A DNA stretch of 64,000 nucleotides from Eledone cirrhosa (lineage: Eukaryota). The notes under the pieces were generated by a model, which saw only the letters and a list, made by a program, of their open reading frames with translations, had not been told where the DNA came from and searched no databases. The number at the start of each line of letters is the position of its first letter. Position 1 is the stretch's first letter. The position numbers and the translations under genes were made by a program. Location of the stretch: the NCBI GenBank assembly GCA_964016885.1, contig OZ024740.1:378262001-378326000 (forward strand). Direction: 5' to 3'. This document shows, piece by piece, positions 1 through 13,064 of the stretch.

Positions 1-1516
1 TAAGAGTGATAAAAAGGCAGGATATTTACGACTGGATTGAACGGATTTGATCAAGGGTCCACCTGTTACTAAACAAAATTGTATTTTTCTATTAACTACT
101 GGCTCGTACATGTTTATAACTAAATCATAATTATACCAAATAATTTTCTAACGTATATTATTTTTTTTTTTGTTAGAGGTTGGATGTAATCAATATCTTT
201 CCTCGCAAGATATATACCTACCATCACAACTAGGTTTTGAAGATTCTTTTGCATTAACTTGTGATTTGGTCGATGCAAATCAAGGTGAAACTTGAGCTAT
301 TCAAAGAAAAAGTGACAGAAGATAATATTTGAGGACAAGATTTCTCGGTGATATGAAATGTCTCCAGTCCACATTGCTATAACCAAACGTGACCAACTCG
401 ACAAAAAATATTGTTTCGTGGAAATGATATATAGTGTCTGAGAGAAATCTTTCGAAGTACAAGGCACCTAAACAGTTACGAACTACGAATCTAGAGAGGT
501 ATACAACTTCTGGTCGAGGTGGAGTGCCGTAAATTTATATTGGAATCAAGCACAAAATTAGTGTAAGGGAAGCATAGAATCCAGGGATTTGACTCAGGTA
601 TATGGAGAGACCACTTAAATGTGGATCAATGCAGTTAATTCTCATTTGATAGTTTTCGCATAGACGGCAAAAACAGAGAAAATATTGCGTATTTCTATGG
701 AATTAATACTTCCACTTGCCTGAGTGGGCCATCATATTCGATGGTGCCAAAATCACCTTTCCTGCCGCCAGTTGCAATTCATCAAAATAGCTATTACCAA
801 AACAAGTCATTAAAATATTTCTCCGATCATTTATTTCGAAATCAAATCATCCTGTTTGGTAAGGATGTTTTTATGAATACTGAAATTTTGTAATTCAATA
901 GGAAGAATAACAAATTGATAGAGCATGTTTTCTTTGTATAAAAATACCTATATTTAATTATTTCGTAGTAAAGTTAAATAATTTCAGCTCATTTTGTCTT
1001 GCATTGTAAGGTACATAATTAAAAAAAATTAATATATGTAATAGACACGAACTAAAATATTTATGTGATAGGTTAATCAAATATGGCCATTTGCTGCAAT
1101 AAATGTGCTTTTAAAAATGCGCATGCGTACTTGAATTTAATATCGTCTGCTATCCGTTAGTCAGAAACAGGAAAAGACTAGGGAAAGAAAGTACCCCTTA
1201 TCAATTTTTTTTCATTCAGAAAAACATTCAATGGATTTACTTTACAACTTCTTAATGGAGAATTTACATTGTAGTGACATATTGGAAAAGGATACATTTA
1301 TAGTGTAGAATTGCTATTGGAAACTTAAGGTAACTTTAAAAATATTGAATTTTCTGGTTTTGAGTATTTTTCGAAGATTGTTTTTATTCAAAACGAAAAG
1401 AAAATATATTATAATCAAGATGTTTTACATGAAAATAGAATTCAAGGAACCTTATCAATATAATACACAAATGTATATATATATATATATAAAGCAAGGG
1501 GCATCGTAACCTCTCT

Positions 1517-1870
1517 CTAATACTTTTTGAGGCAAGCCAACATGCTTGTAGAATTATCGCAGGTAATAGCATGGCTAAGGCGCTGAAATAGCCAAGCACC
1601 CTCACGGGCACCACCTGACACCTCATTAAGGCAAGCCGCTAATGATGACAAGAGCTTCGCTGTCAGTGGCCTAGCTCTCCCAATCGTCTCAAATGTCACA
1701 GGATAGAAGAAATAGTTTACCGATAATTCTCAGTAATTTAGAATTTTATTCCGTTCGGCTATGGAAGCAGGGACCCTCACATTTACCGCAGCATCCAGAA
1801 GTAATTGACTGTGGCGTCCCAGATAAGACATCCACCTCTTACCCAAGGACAAAGGGTAAGACCATCTGGG
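1517..1870 (-). mobile_element. CRE-clade non-LTR retrotransposon, 3' fragment (restriction-like endonuclease region), decayed
   Basis: The minus strand translates to PDGLTLCPWVRGGCLIWDATV and FETIG...REGAWLFQRLSHAITCDNSTSML. These match the RPDG.TL.PW..G..L.WD.T and FLFQRLS.AIQRGN motifs of CRE C-termini. A (TA)n tract follows at about 1474-1491. Confidence 0.8.
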
Positions 1871-2517
1871 CAATATATTTTCTGCTATTTTCTATAAAAC
1901 AAACACCGAGCCCATCAGAAAAATGTTCAACATAGTATATATGGCACCCAAATATGTATTAATTTTTTAAAAACAATTCAATGCTTCCCATGTCAATATT
2001 TCGATTATATTACTATACTTGTTGGAATTTTCACACGGTGCATACTCCGAGAAGACACTAAACACGATTGAAAATTCCTTTACAAAAGAGAGGATGGTCA
2101 TATTTGGAACACTTATAAAAAAAGATGGGATAGTTACGATAAGAACAACCTAAAAAAAGACTAGATGGTCATGGTTGAAACGCGGAAAGAAGGCTGAAGC
2201 ACTTTGAAAAAAGGACTGGATAGTTATGGACGGAGTTTCAGACTAATTCTTAGTTGAGGGGACTGACAAAGAAAATTACGATTCTGCGAAAACCATTCAA
2301 ATAAATTTCTTTAATCTTTTTATTTATTTATTGCTTCTACTATTTTTCCTATCTTCAAACATTTTCAACTTAAAAATATAAATCTTTTAAACATTGCATA
2401 TCACGATTCTAAAAAAAAAGAAACATTTCTCGACCCCCTCCCCCCACCATTTTTATTCTTTTATTCAGAAAATTTTCGATCAAAATACCTGAACAAATTA
2501 AAGAACTGTATTCAATA

Positions 2518-2720
2518 ATGGTTTCTAATTTAGGCACTAGGCCGCCTATTTTTTTTTTTTTTTTGATTAATTTTTTTTGATTAAATTGACCAGTGTGTTA
2601 CTGGTACTTTACTTTATCGACCTTGCAAGGATGAAAGGCTAAGTTAACATCAGCGGGATTTGAACTTAGAATGTAAAGGGCCTTAACTATATGCGGTGGA
2701 TTGGCAGTATCTACCGATAA
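2518..2720 (-). mobile_element. tRNA-derived SINE (family A), decayed copy
   Basis: Reverse complement of the core gttcaaatcccgc..gcctttcatcct..gtcgataaa..aagtaccagtaa shared with the copies at 7336, 33372, 47510 and 53993. Confidence 0.75.
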
Positions 2721-2721
2721 G

Positions 2722-3655
2722 GTCCTTGCAACCGCGAAGATGGTGATTGAGGAACTGGGTTGTAGGGGCCTTCATGTCAACAGTTCTAAATGTGAGCTCT
2801 GACCCCTCAACTGCCCAGCTTCACATCAGCAGACTGTAAACCTGTTTACAGAGTCCTTTCCCTCTATCGCGGTTCCTCTCTCATCAGCGTGGTGCAACCT
2901 TCGAGTTCATCATTTTGATCTAAGTTGGTTAATCTCAAGCAACTTTTTTAAAATCTTGAGGAGGCCATTGAACCTCACCAAGGTTTTTTTATACTTAAAA
3001 ATTACTTGTTGATTCATAAGTTGTATTTTCTCAGAGTTAGTCCCTCTTACAGATTCTCGTTGTCTCTCCAACGTTTTGACGACTTAATCTTCAGTGAGCT
3101 CGAAGTCCTGGTCAATGTCCGACTCTCCAGAGTCCCGCGACCATGCTACCTTGCTCAAACGGTTTGGAAGCTTCAGTCTGTGTAAATGCTTGTCTTTGTC
3201 TCTACCTTGCTTTCTTTCCTCCATCCATGCTTGCTCCCTTTTAGTGGGTGACATCCTCTCCTTTCCAACATGGACTGGTTCCACCAGGGTGATGGATGAA
3301 GCTTTACTACAGTGGAGAGAATTGGGTTTGTCAATTCCCGATACTGACGAGGATAGACAGAAACATTTGAGCGAAACTTTTAACTCTCTCTTTGATCATT
3401 CTGATCAATTTTCTTGGTGCCTTTTACTTTCTGCAAGCTCAAAGTTCTCGGGAAACTGGATTGATGCCATGTTTGTGGCCAACATTGGTGGTCTTCTCAG
3501 TCTGGATGAGCTCCGCATCTCAATTGCACTCTGAGTGGGGGTCTCAGATGTCGCTGTGGTAGGTCCCTTGACTCTACAGGCCTCCATGGGTTGTTCTGCC
3601 ACCTGAATGCTGGTCACTTCGTCCGCCACACCTAGCTAAACATGATTATTAAGCT
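2722..3655 (+). mobile_element. CRE-clade retrotransposon fragment (RT C-terminal part to Zn finger), decayed
   Basis: Translates in broken frames to GLHVNSSKCEL, LPCFLSSIHAC, SKFSGNWIDAMFVANIGGLLSLDELRISIAL and a HGL.C...AGHFVRH..LN.IIK finger. All are typical of CRE ORFs. Confidence 0.75.
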
Positions 3656-4304
3656 GCCAGTGTGTTAACTTGCCTCAAACATTTCTGTTGACTCTTGTGT
3701 TTTGCAGCCAATTGTTGCACTTGGTCATGAATCGATGGTCATATTGTTTCTTTTTTTTTCTTTCTCCCACTTTCATTGTATATTTTGGTGCATTGTATTT
3801 GTAAGGTTCCTAGCAATAGTTAATTGTATTCATTTTTTAATGTTTTTTAATCTTTCTTTTTGCATTTATATTTTTATATATTATGTTTTTGTTCTTTAAG
3901 CATTATATTATTATATTTTTATACAACTATGGATAAAAGACGATTATTTACTAAAAAAAAAAAAAAAATTCTGTATGTATTTATTGATATTCAAAATGTG
4001 TAGAATAAATAGAAATTATAAACCCAAAACTAAAATTTTCAAGCTATCAACTATAAGCCATTGACTATACCAGTAACGACATACCAGATGCAAATACTGA
4101 AATTTAAAAGTTTGGTGAATTTATTTTGTATATTGATTATTTATATATAATATTTTTCATAAAATATAAAGCATATAGAAACTCAAAATATATGAAAACA
4201 ATATTTGTAATGTTTCATTATATATACTACAAAGAAATGTATGCTTATTTACCTGTTTTTTTTTTTTAATGATTAACATCATTTTTCTTTTTTATACTAA
4301 TATG

Positions 4305-6913
4305 CCGTGGCGGCTCCTGGCTAAAATTAGTCCGAAATTTTTAACCATTGTTTTAATATTGTGTAAAACGAAGCAAACATATAAAATGAAAATTTATACA
4401 TAAACCTGATAAAATCCTAAACGAGAAAATTACTTTTTACTTACTAATAAATTGTTATAGTTCAAACATGATGCATTCTTGTTTTACTTTGAGTGAAAAG
4501 GTTTTCTCCTTGATCCCTGGATGACTATTGAGGACATTTTTCTCCATTGAAAGCACTGCAAATACATTTAGTCTTTCAGGATTCATAGTGTTCATTAGAA
4601 AAGTTTTTATTCTTTTCAGTGTTTTATTCTTTTCAGTGTTGGCTCTAATGTAGTCATGGGAATTGTCAAGAAGAATTTTTATCAGTTTCGTAATTTCACT
4701 AAGAACACCATCTAGATTATTTTCTAAGATAAATTTCAGCAGCTCAGTTAATTTGCAATATTCATGCATATTGAATCTACAATAGAATACTTTTAGTTCG
4801 GTTTCAAGCTTTTCTTTGTTAATCATGGGATAGGTCAGTACTATCTCTTCTGAAGGCGGTTCATTCTTAAAACTAGTGAAGCTTTTCTTGTTGAACAATT
4901 TAGCCACTGTTAAGTGTTTAATTGAAGAATATCTGTCCATTATATCAACATATATGCAGTGACACTCTTCCTTTGCTTATGTCATGAGTATCTTTGAAGG
5001 ATTCTCATAGTACTTAGTTTCTTATTTCTAAAATAGTAGTTTTGAAATCTGTTATATATTCATTGACTTTAAACACATAAATTTCTTGAGATTGCATTCA
5101 GTTATAAATTACTTCAACATGAGGCATACTATGATGAAAAAACTCTGACTAAAATATGAAATTATCGTCATTCAAGTATTTTAAAATTCCTGTTGCTTCT
5201 GCAATGGTTTGATCTACATTTGATGTTGACTGAATTTCAGTAAGGCAGCTTTTTAAAGGTTGCAAATTTTTATGAACTCTGTTTACGGTCTGTATGTTAA
5301 AGTTCCACCTTGTAGAGGATAGATGTGGAATGCTGATGTTCATATGTTTCTTGAGAATGGATACACGTTGTGGTGATCTTGAGAAAAATGTTGAAAAAGC
5401 CAAAATGTTAGAGAAAAATATTCTTGTGTTCTTTGTAATACTTGCTGCATTTTTCATTATTAAATTAGGTTGATGTGCATTACTACAAACTTTTTGCTTG
5501 AACTTGTCTGTGCTATCAGTTTTTGTCTGTTTACTTCAAGGATTATGTTTAGAATATGTTTTGATATGCCATCTGCAGTTTGATATTCTGGAATAAAGAA
5601 TCCCCCAAAATGCTCAAATATTTCTTCATTCAACTTTCTGTAGAACAATGACCATTCGAGAGTGTTCTGAAACATCTGCTGTGTCATCAGCCACGATGGC
5701 TACAAATAAAGCTTCTCTAATTTCTGTCCTTATCTCCTCATGGTATATTTGTAGCAGGCAGTCAAGATCTTATTCTGAATGGACTTAGAAACACCTTTGA
5801 AGACCTTACTGGTTTCTAAGTGATTCTTCAAATCTGGATCTAATTTAGATGCAAAATTTAGTAATCCTCTAAATACCTCTGGATTTACTGAATCATCTTT
5901 TTCATCATGTCCACGTAAGGGAGTTTCAATGTTTCCACAAAATAAAATAGTCCATTATTTTGGATAAAATTTCACTGATCTTTTTAACCTCCATGTTAAG
6001 CTCATTGATTGAAAGTTTGTATGCCTCACTAAGTGTCTCCTTAATATTTACATTCCCTAAAAGTGACAGTGAAACCACATTTTCAACATGCTTCTTTGAC
6101 TTCTCATGTTTTTCAGTTTTTTCTTTCATTTTGTTTATATTTCTAAAACTGTCTTTTGTCCATGCAAGGAGGTCATGGTTAAAACATCACTCCCAAACAG
6201 CAAATACAGGAAGCAAAACAATGCATTTTTCACTTCACAGCTGCAGAGCTACGACTATACCTCTTATTGTTGCTTATCCCTGGCTGAGATCTTTGAATAT
6301 CAGGTGTTGAACGGCCTCTTTTCTTAACTGTAACCTTCTCATGGAGAGAGAACTGTGAAAACTTAAGCTGTTGAAGTTCACTTACTGTCACAGAACTTAT
6401 TTCTTGGGATGCAAGGAGGTCATGGTTAAATTATTAAAATTTTCTATGCAATAAAACAACGGAAAAACAAACAACTATGAATTAAATAGAATAGCTGGAA
6501 ACATGATAATCATCTACAGTTTATCACATTCAAGAATATGGGTCACAGTTTTTAAGCAAAGCACAAGCTGAGTAAAAAATAAACACTACTTTACACTCGG
6601 ACAACAGGGTTGGCATTGTGTGAGTGACAGTGCTCTCTCTAACCAGTGTGCAGCTTCTTTCCTCAGACGTGCGCATGCGCACAACAGACAAAGCCTGCAT
6701 CGCTGGAATTGTGAAGCATACAGTTCCATACAAGGATTTTTGTAATTTTCCATGACTGAGAGGATAGCTACTGACATTAAGCTTAAGGATATATAATGTA
6801 CTAGTATAAAGAAAGAATAAAAAAAAATAGACTCATTATATTGAATGTTATCGATAATATTGAGTGAAAATGGATCTTGCAGTTCCGCAGTGCCTATACA
6901 GAAGCTGCCACTG
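4305..6913 (-). mobile_element. hAT DNA transposon with pseudogenised ZMYM1/DUF4371-type transposase
   Basis: Imperfect TIRs (ccgtggcggctcct vs revcomp cagtggcagcttct) flanked by a perfect 8-bp TSD ctaatatg (4297-4304 and 6914-6921). Broken minus-strand ORFs carry KNALFCF, KHEKSKKH, LRGHDE, FFSRSPQR, STRWNFN and the hAT dimerisation-like LKRIKTFLMNTMNPERLN. Confidence 0.92.
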
Positions 6914-7335
6914 CTAATATGAATTGCAGTGACCTGTAATACAACAGTCCTCATATTTCATTCTTGTTTACCTTACATCTTTGAGGACCAAAGATCTTGT
7001 ATTGTATCTATTTATTCTTTCCAGATTTTTCTACCCCTGCCTGCACTAATTCATACCAATATTTTTCACTTAGCATATATCATCTATTTTCATATATTTA
7101 TTCAAATGGAATCATTTCTTCAGTATACATCAATCATAAAATTCTAATGGTTTTTGTCATTTCATCAGTACTCAAACTTTTTCATTCTAAGTATTGCTCA
7201 TGTAATAGATCATGCTGAATTCAATCCTCTGTAGTCACTCCAGATGTGCATAAATTGTCATCTTTAGTTTTTAACTGTAGTGACAGTTTATGAAGATTTC
7301 TTTCAACTTTATCTAATAAACTATTATTATTTCTA

Positions 7336-7512
7336 CGTGGGTTGGCAGTATCAGTAGAGAGTCTTTGATGCATAGAGTTATGGCCCTTGCCAATCTGAGT
7401 TCAAATCCCGCCGAGGTTAACTTTGCCTTTCATCCTAACGGGGTCGATAAAATAAAGTACCAGTAATGCACTGGGTAATTGCTGGCCTTGTACCAAAAGT
7501 AGAAACAATTAT
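7336..7512 (+). mobile_element. tRNA-derived SINE (family A)
   Basis: A-box-like tggcagtatcagtag, B-box-like gagttcaaatccc, conserved core, and flanking direct repeat attatttctac. Confidence 0.85.
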
Positions 7513-7580
7513 TTCTACTGTCAACACTTATATTATCTGAAAAGTTCAAAGTAGCTGCTGAAACGTTTATTGCCTTCAAT

Positions 7581-7928
7581 TTAACCCTTTTATGACTATT
7601 TCTAATGAAATACATTCTATTTCAATTAATTATTGAAGAATTTTCTGAATTTACTAAAATTACTTCATTATGTTCTAAGTTCAAATCCTGCCGAGGTTAA
7701 CTTTGCCATTCATCCTTAACGGGGTTGATAAAATAATGTACCAGTAATGCATTGGAGGTAATTGCTGGCCTTGTGCCTAAAGTAGAAACAATTATTAAGA
7801 TAGTAAATATGGTTCTTACATAAAATTACACCGGAAAATTTGAATTTGAATAGAAACACTTTCAAATGGGTGGCTTAGTTTCATAAAAGTAGAGGCAGTT
7901 TTGGGCTAGTTGGAATCAATAGGGTTAA
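7581..7928. mobile_element. TTAA-flanked piggyBac-type MITE with nested partial SINE (7672-7795)
   Basis: Begins TTAA-CCCT and ends AGGG-TTAA, with an internal 5'-truncated family A SINE. Confidence 0.65.
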
Positions 7929-8269
7929 GATTGCTCATTTGAAACTCTGAATCCCTGCCAGCTTGCTTGAGATCTCACAGCACCTCTAAGTATCCATTGT
8001 TCACACTAAATACAAAGTGTTCAATATCTACTTGTCCACTTTCAGCATAAATGTGGCCTTCTGACTTATACTTTTGTATTGGGTACTATTATTATTGAAG
8101 TCTTTTATTGATTTTTCTACATTTTCTCTAAAGCTTTTATAATAAGAATCAGATTGACAGTGTGGATTTTTAGGATTATATTGAAGACCAGAATAAAGAG
8201 AAGAGGGCGAATAACAACCTTAATGGAGGCTCATCTAAATTCATCACTGGGTTCTTCCCAAAACATTCT

Positions 8270-8496
8270 TTAACCCTTTAGCATTTACATTACTCTATAT
8301 TTACTATTGTATTTTTACGGTAAAGGCTTTACCTTATATAATTATCTCACATAATATCAAATCTATGAGACTTTGATATTATTTATTTTGAGAAAAATAC
8401 CTTAATTTCTTTGAGTGGCCAGTTATGGCCAGTTTGGACAGAAAGAGGTGAGAGATTTCTGGCTGGATATGGCTGATTTAAATGTTAAAGAGTTAA
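8270..8496. mobile_element. TTAA-flanked piggyBac-type MITE
   Basis: ttaa-ccctttagcattta ... taaatgttaaagag-ttaa imperfect terminal inverted repeats. Confidence 0.75.
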
Positions 8497-8639
8497 GAAA
8501 ACATGCAAAATAGTATTTTTAGGGCAAAATATTTCTTGTAATATTTCTCTAGAAATATGGTGTCCATGCTCCCATAATTTGATACAAATCTAAGATGCAC
8601 CTCATCTTTCACTAATTTTGCCATGTAATTTTCTACAAC

Positions 8640-9085
8640 ATGATCATCGTTTAACATCTATCTTCCACACTAGCATGGGTTAGACGGGAGTTGCCCCACT
8701 TGAGGCAAGATTGGCTGGGTGACTGTGTCTCGCTCGTATAGGACTATCTGGCAGGTTTTCTACGACTGGATGCCCTTCCTAACACCAACCACATTTACAG
8801 TGTGGACTGGGAACTTTTTACCGTATTACCTATGTGGCCACATTACAGCATGGATTGTGTATTTTTTTGTTGTGACACCTGCACGATCTCATTAGTTTGG
8901 GCTGGATGTTGTGGTACCAACATAACTTTATAGAGAAAGGGTGGTGTTGGCGGGAGTGGGAGGATGGAGTGGGGTAGTAGGTTGGGGTGTGTTTGGTTTG
9001 GAGGGAGGGGCCTACTGACTGTAGGTTAACTTTGCACGTAGGGAAGGCGGGTCTTCTGTAATACTGCGTGGCGCCAAAGATCTCC
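8640..9085 (-). mobile_element. RTE LINE 3' end (last codons, 3'UTR, GAT tail)
   Basis: Colinear reverse-complement match to 31670-32100. Confidence 0.85.
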
Positions 9086-12000
9086 ACATTCATTATTTGG
9101 TTTATCAACTTGTGACTACTAATTTTCTCCTTTTACTACATTATTAACTTTGAAACAGTTAATAATTCTTCTTGCTTGCCCATAATTTCCTGACCTAAAT
9201 ATAACACCAGCTTAATGAAGCTTTTAACATCTCTACAACTTTCATTGAAGGGGTTGCAACTTTGTAGCTTTGTGTTCTTAATTGCTTTATTTAGAACTTC
9301 CATACTGATCTATATAGTTAATCTATCAGTTAGTCATTTTGTAGATAAGCTCCTTAGTAAGGTGTTTCATATTTATAGGGCAACATTTATTATGTTGGAA
9401 TCACCTTATCTCAATTGTGCCCTGAATCCATTTCACATAAAAGTTACACAGCCAGAAATATGAGGAGATACGGATATATTAAGGGGTTGCACAGTTTGGT
9501 GCTTTTTAAATGTTCACCAGCTGAGACTGTTATGAAGTTTCTTTTTATAAATGTCTAACTCATTATATAACGAAGAGGTTAGAACATATGTTGTAATTTC
9601 AACCTTGATAGGACTATAGTTTTACTGTTTGTACAGTGAGTTCTTTTTTAGAAGCATATATTATCTTATGATTCGGCTGTATTTGTTCTTGGATTGTAGA
9701 CATAATTTGTCACTCAGTTTCACATCATCTGGTCTTTGGTGGAGTTTACTCTGCTGTAAGCATTCACACCTGATCACCACTCTAAGAACAATCCATGTGT
9801 CAGAATTTCATCCTACTTTTTCTTCACCAGTCTCTGAAGCCCTGAAAATAAAAAAAGGCTGTGGTTACTGTCCTTACTTCTCTGCCAATATTTTTGGCAG
9901 CTGAATTAATGAGGCAAAAGGTTATAAGTTCTGGATTACTAACCACATTGTGAAGTGTTATGTAATACTAATACAATCATTGTAGTGTGCATAATTATGC
10001 ATAGCTGACAAACATATTCCATTATTTTATAACTGTGTCATTGGTTGCAAGGAAAGCATACAGCATCCAATAATTTCTTCAGCAATACACAAAATATAAT
10101 TTGGTAAAAACCATTCCAGTGTTGCTCAGAAAAAAAATCATGTAAACAGTGATGAAAACAACAACAACACCAACAAAAAACCAGCAATGTACATAATTCA
10201 TGTTTGTATGAGTGGTTGTTAGGTAGTTATGGTGAACAAAGACAAACAACATTTTTAATCAATATTTCAAAGCTATGTCATTCTCTGTAATGTGGAGTGT
10301 GCTGCCTGAAGATTTGGGGCTTATAATATATGATCTAATTTTAAAAGACAAGGACTTTGTAGCAGTTATTGCACTATGAATTTTATGGGCCATATATTAT
10401 GTATGCAGCATAAAATGCATAACACCTTCATGGATATAAAATCAGTACTCAATATTAGGTTGTGTTTAATCTCTGTAGAAGTCAACAACTGTTTAACTCT
10501 TAACATCTTGTACCACATGCAACTACAATAGCAGGACATTCTTGAAAAGTACAAAACACATCACATTAAAAATTAGTCTTTAATTTACTAAAGGTTTCCC
10601 CAATTTTTTGTCCATTATTAAAGATACTATAAAAATTTGAATAAAAAAAACTTGTTTTTAGACATTTTCTACTAAATTATTACAGGATGTTAAGAATTAA
10701 GGATGAATATTGAATGATTCTAAAGAAAACATTATCTTGTGACTTTAGAAATGTTAAAAATAAATGAAATCATAGATATGGTTAATTATAGTATGTGTAA
10801 TAATTAGAATCCTCTAAGTTCCAATTGGGAAGTGTGAAAGATGAGATTTTTTTTGTCTTTGAAATAAATAACATTTGTGTTATAATGGTATCAATTGTTA
10901 CCAAATTATTTTATGAGAGCATGAGATTAGTAATGTAAACAATGTTGGATTCAACCTACTTGCTGCTACAAATAATAATGCTTGTTTTTATGCAAACACT
11001 TCCTTAACCATTTGAACACAGACTTTATCAACATGCAGTCTAAAAAGCCTCACAGGAAACCTGCCCTACCTATGTGAACAGAGACCTCGAAAACTTTCTT
11101 CAATGGGGATATGGCAGTTTTTCTCCTTCCACAACACAATAACACTATCACTGTCCATATCTGGAAAAGTAATATTTTACTTTACTCTCTGCAGTCTTGG
11201 TCAACATTGAATTAAAATCCACAAAATGCCAGGCTTTACAATCTCTAATGAGCTCTCTTGGCAATCACATATTCATAACCTAGCAGAAACAGCTTTCCTG
11301 AAAACTAGCTTTCTTTTTCAAGACCAGAAGATACTACAGCTGAGAATAGTTATTGGCTAAAGCATGAATTAAACTCATATGCTCACACATTTGGGATGGT
11401 GCTGTTCTACAAACACAGGCATCTTAGACTACATCCATAATAAAACTATTCAGTTGACTGGCAAAGACTGACTCACTAACACATTTTAGCCTTACTCAAA
11501 GATACACCATCTTCTGACTTTGTCTCTTCCATCACTACTACAGCAGTCTCTGCTATTTGTAGTTTGCTAATTACATACCACATCCATCTCTACTGCTTCA
11601 TTTAGCTTTACTGTGTCTTACCTACAGTCCATCTGGAATTCTTTCCTCCTCCTGCATAGTTCTCACACATTGATTTACAACTGTCAAATTGAATATCAAT
11701 CATTTCAATCTCACCAATCTCATTGGTCCTGTGAAGGTAATGGGTACAGTCCCTTCTCCCTGACTAAAATACATAAGAAAAAATTGTGCATTAATGATTC
11801 TAGTGCTAAATATGTTATTGAAGTTGAGTGTCTCTTTACAGTAATTTGTAGATTCATTGCTAAAAACATTTCTAAAGAAATAGGAGTTGGGATTTTTCCA
11901 AAGGCATCAGTGATATGTTTTCTACTAGGAAATGATATTTGGTCACATATTCAGTTTACACGAAGCTTATCATCTGACAAAGAATTTTGATAGAATATAT

Positions 12001-13064
12001 TTCAGTTGTATGTTTTAGAATTTGATACTTAAATATGTGGCTCCTAATTTAAGAAAATGAGAGGTTAATAGGTGAGAGATTTTGCTACTATATCAAAGTA
12101 AGGGAAACTATTCTAACTCATAAATGAAACCAAGTCATAGATAAGGTTAATAAAGAGCTTACTACCATACTATGACAGAACATCAAAACAATTTTCTAAG
12201 TTTGGCTTGAAGTCTTAAGAAGTATCTACTTTGTGCCAAGAGATGTAATTCAATATCTGCATTAAGACTCATACTCTATATCAATATGAGCTATCAATGT
12301 TCAGTTGCTGAATAAACAAAAACTTCACTCCACATTTAATGCAGTTCTAAATGCAATGGGATATTCCATTAGTCCTGAAAACAATTTATATAACATTTAT
12401 GTAATATTTATCTTTTTGAATTCCATGATGTTACCAATGATAAAATGGCATTTCTTATTTTTATAGTAAAATACTTCTTTTCTACTAATCTGATAAGTCA
12501 GGTAGATTTAGTATTAAAAATGTAAATTGTAATTTTTATTGTAAAAAAAAGAAAAAAAAGATGATGATTGTCATAATAAAGAATAATTGATAAATGTATG
12601 ATTTTAGTATATTATATATCTCTATAATAAAGTTTTTAAAAAAATCAAGGCTAATATTTGAAAGAAGATACTAATAACAGCTGTTTGGTATCCATCCAAG
12701 AAATGCAAAGCTAAAATTTGCTCTCTCTCTCTTCCACTACTTGAAGGTTGGCATCCAAAAACATACACAGATGTGTGCAAATGTCTCTTTCTATAACAAT
12801 ACATATTTGAATATGTGTTATTTCTTTTTCTAAGTGTTCTAATGAGAAAAGAGTTTATTTCAGTTTGATTATTCAATATTAAAAAATCCATATAAGATTA
12901 AACATGAAAAATGTTTTTATAGGTATCAATGGAAGCAATTTTCAGTTATCAAAATCAGAAGCCATTTTTTTTCTTATGGAATTTCTATTAGTTAAATATT
13001 CTTTTTATTTGCTATTTTAAGCTATAGATAGAATTATCACTTCTCATTTATGTCATGAAATATA

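Noticed and set aside
6670-6681. Perfect NRF1-like palindrome tgcgcatgcgca
   Set aside because: It lies inside the hAT element upstream of its transposase, so it is probably the element's own sequence rather than a host regulatory site.
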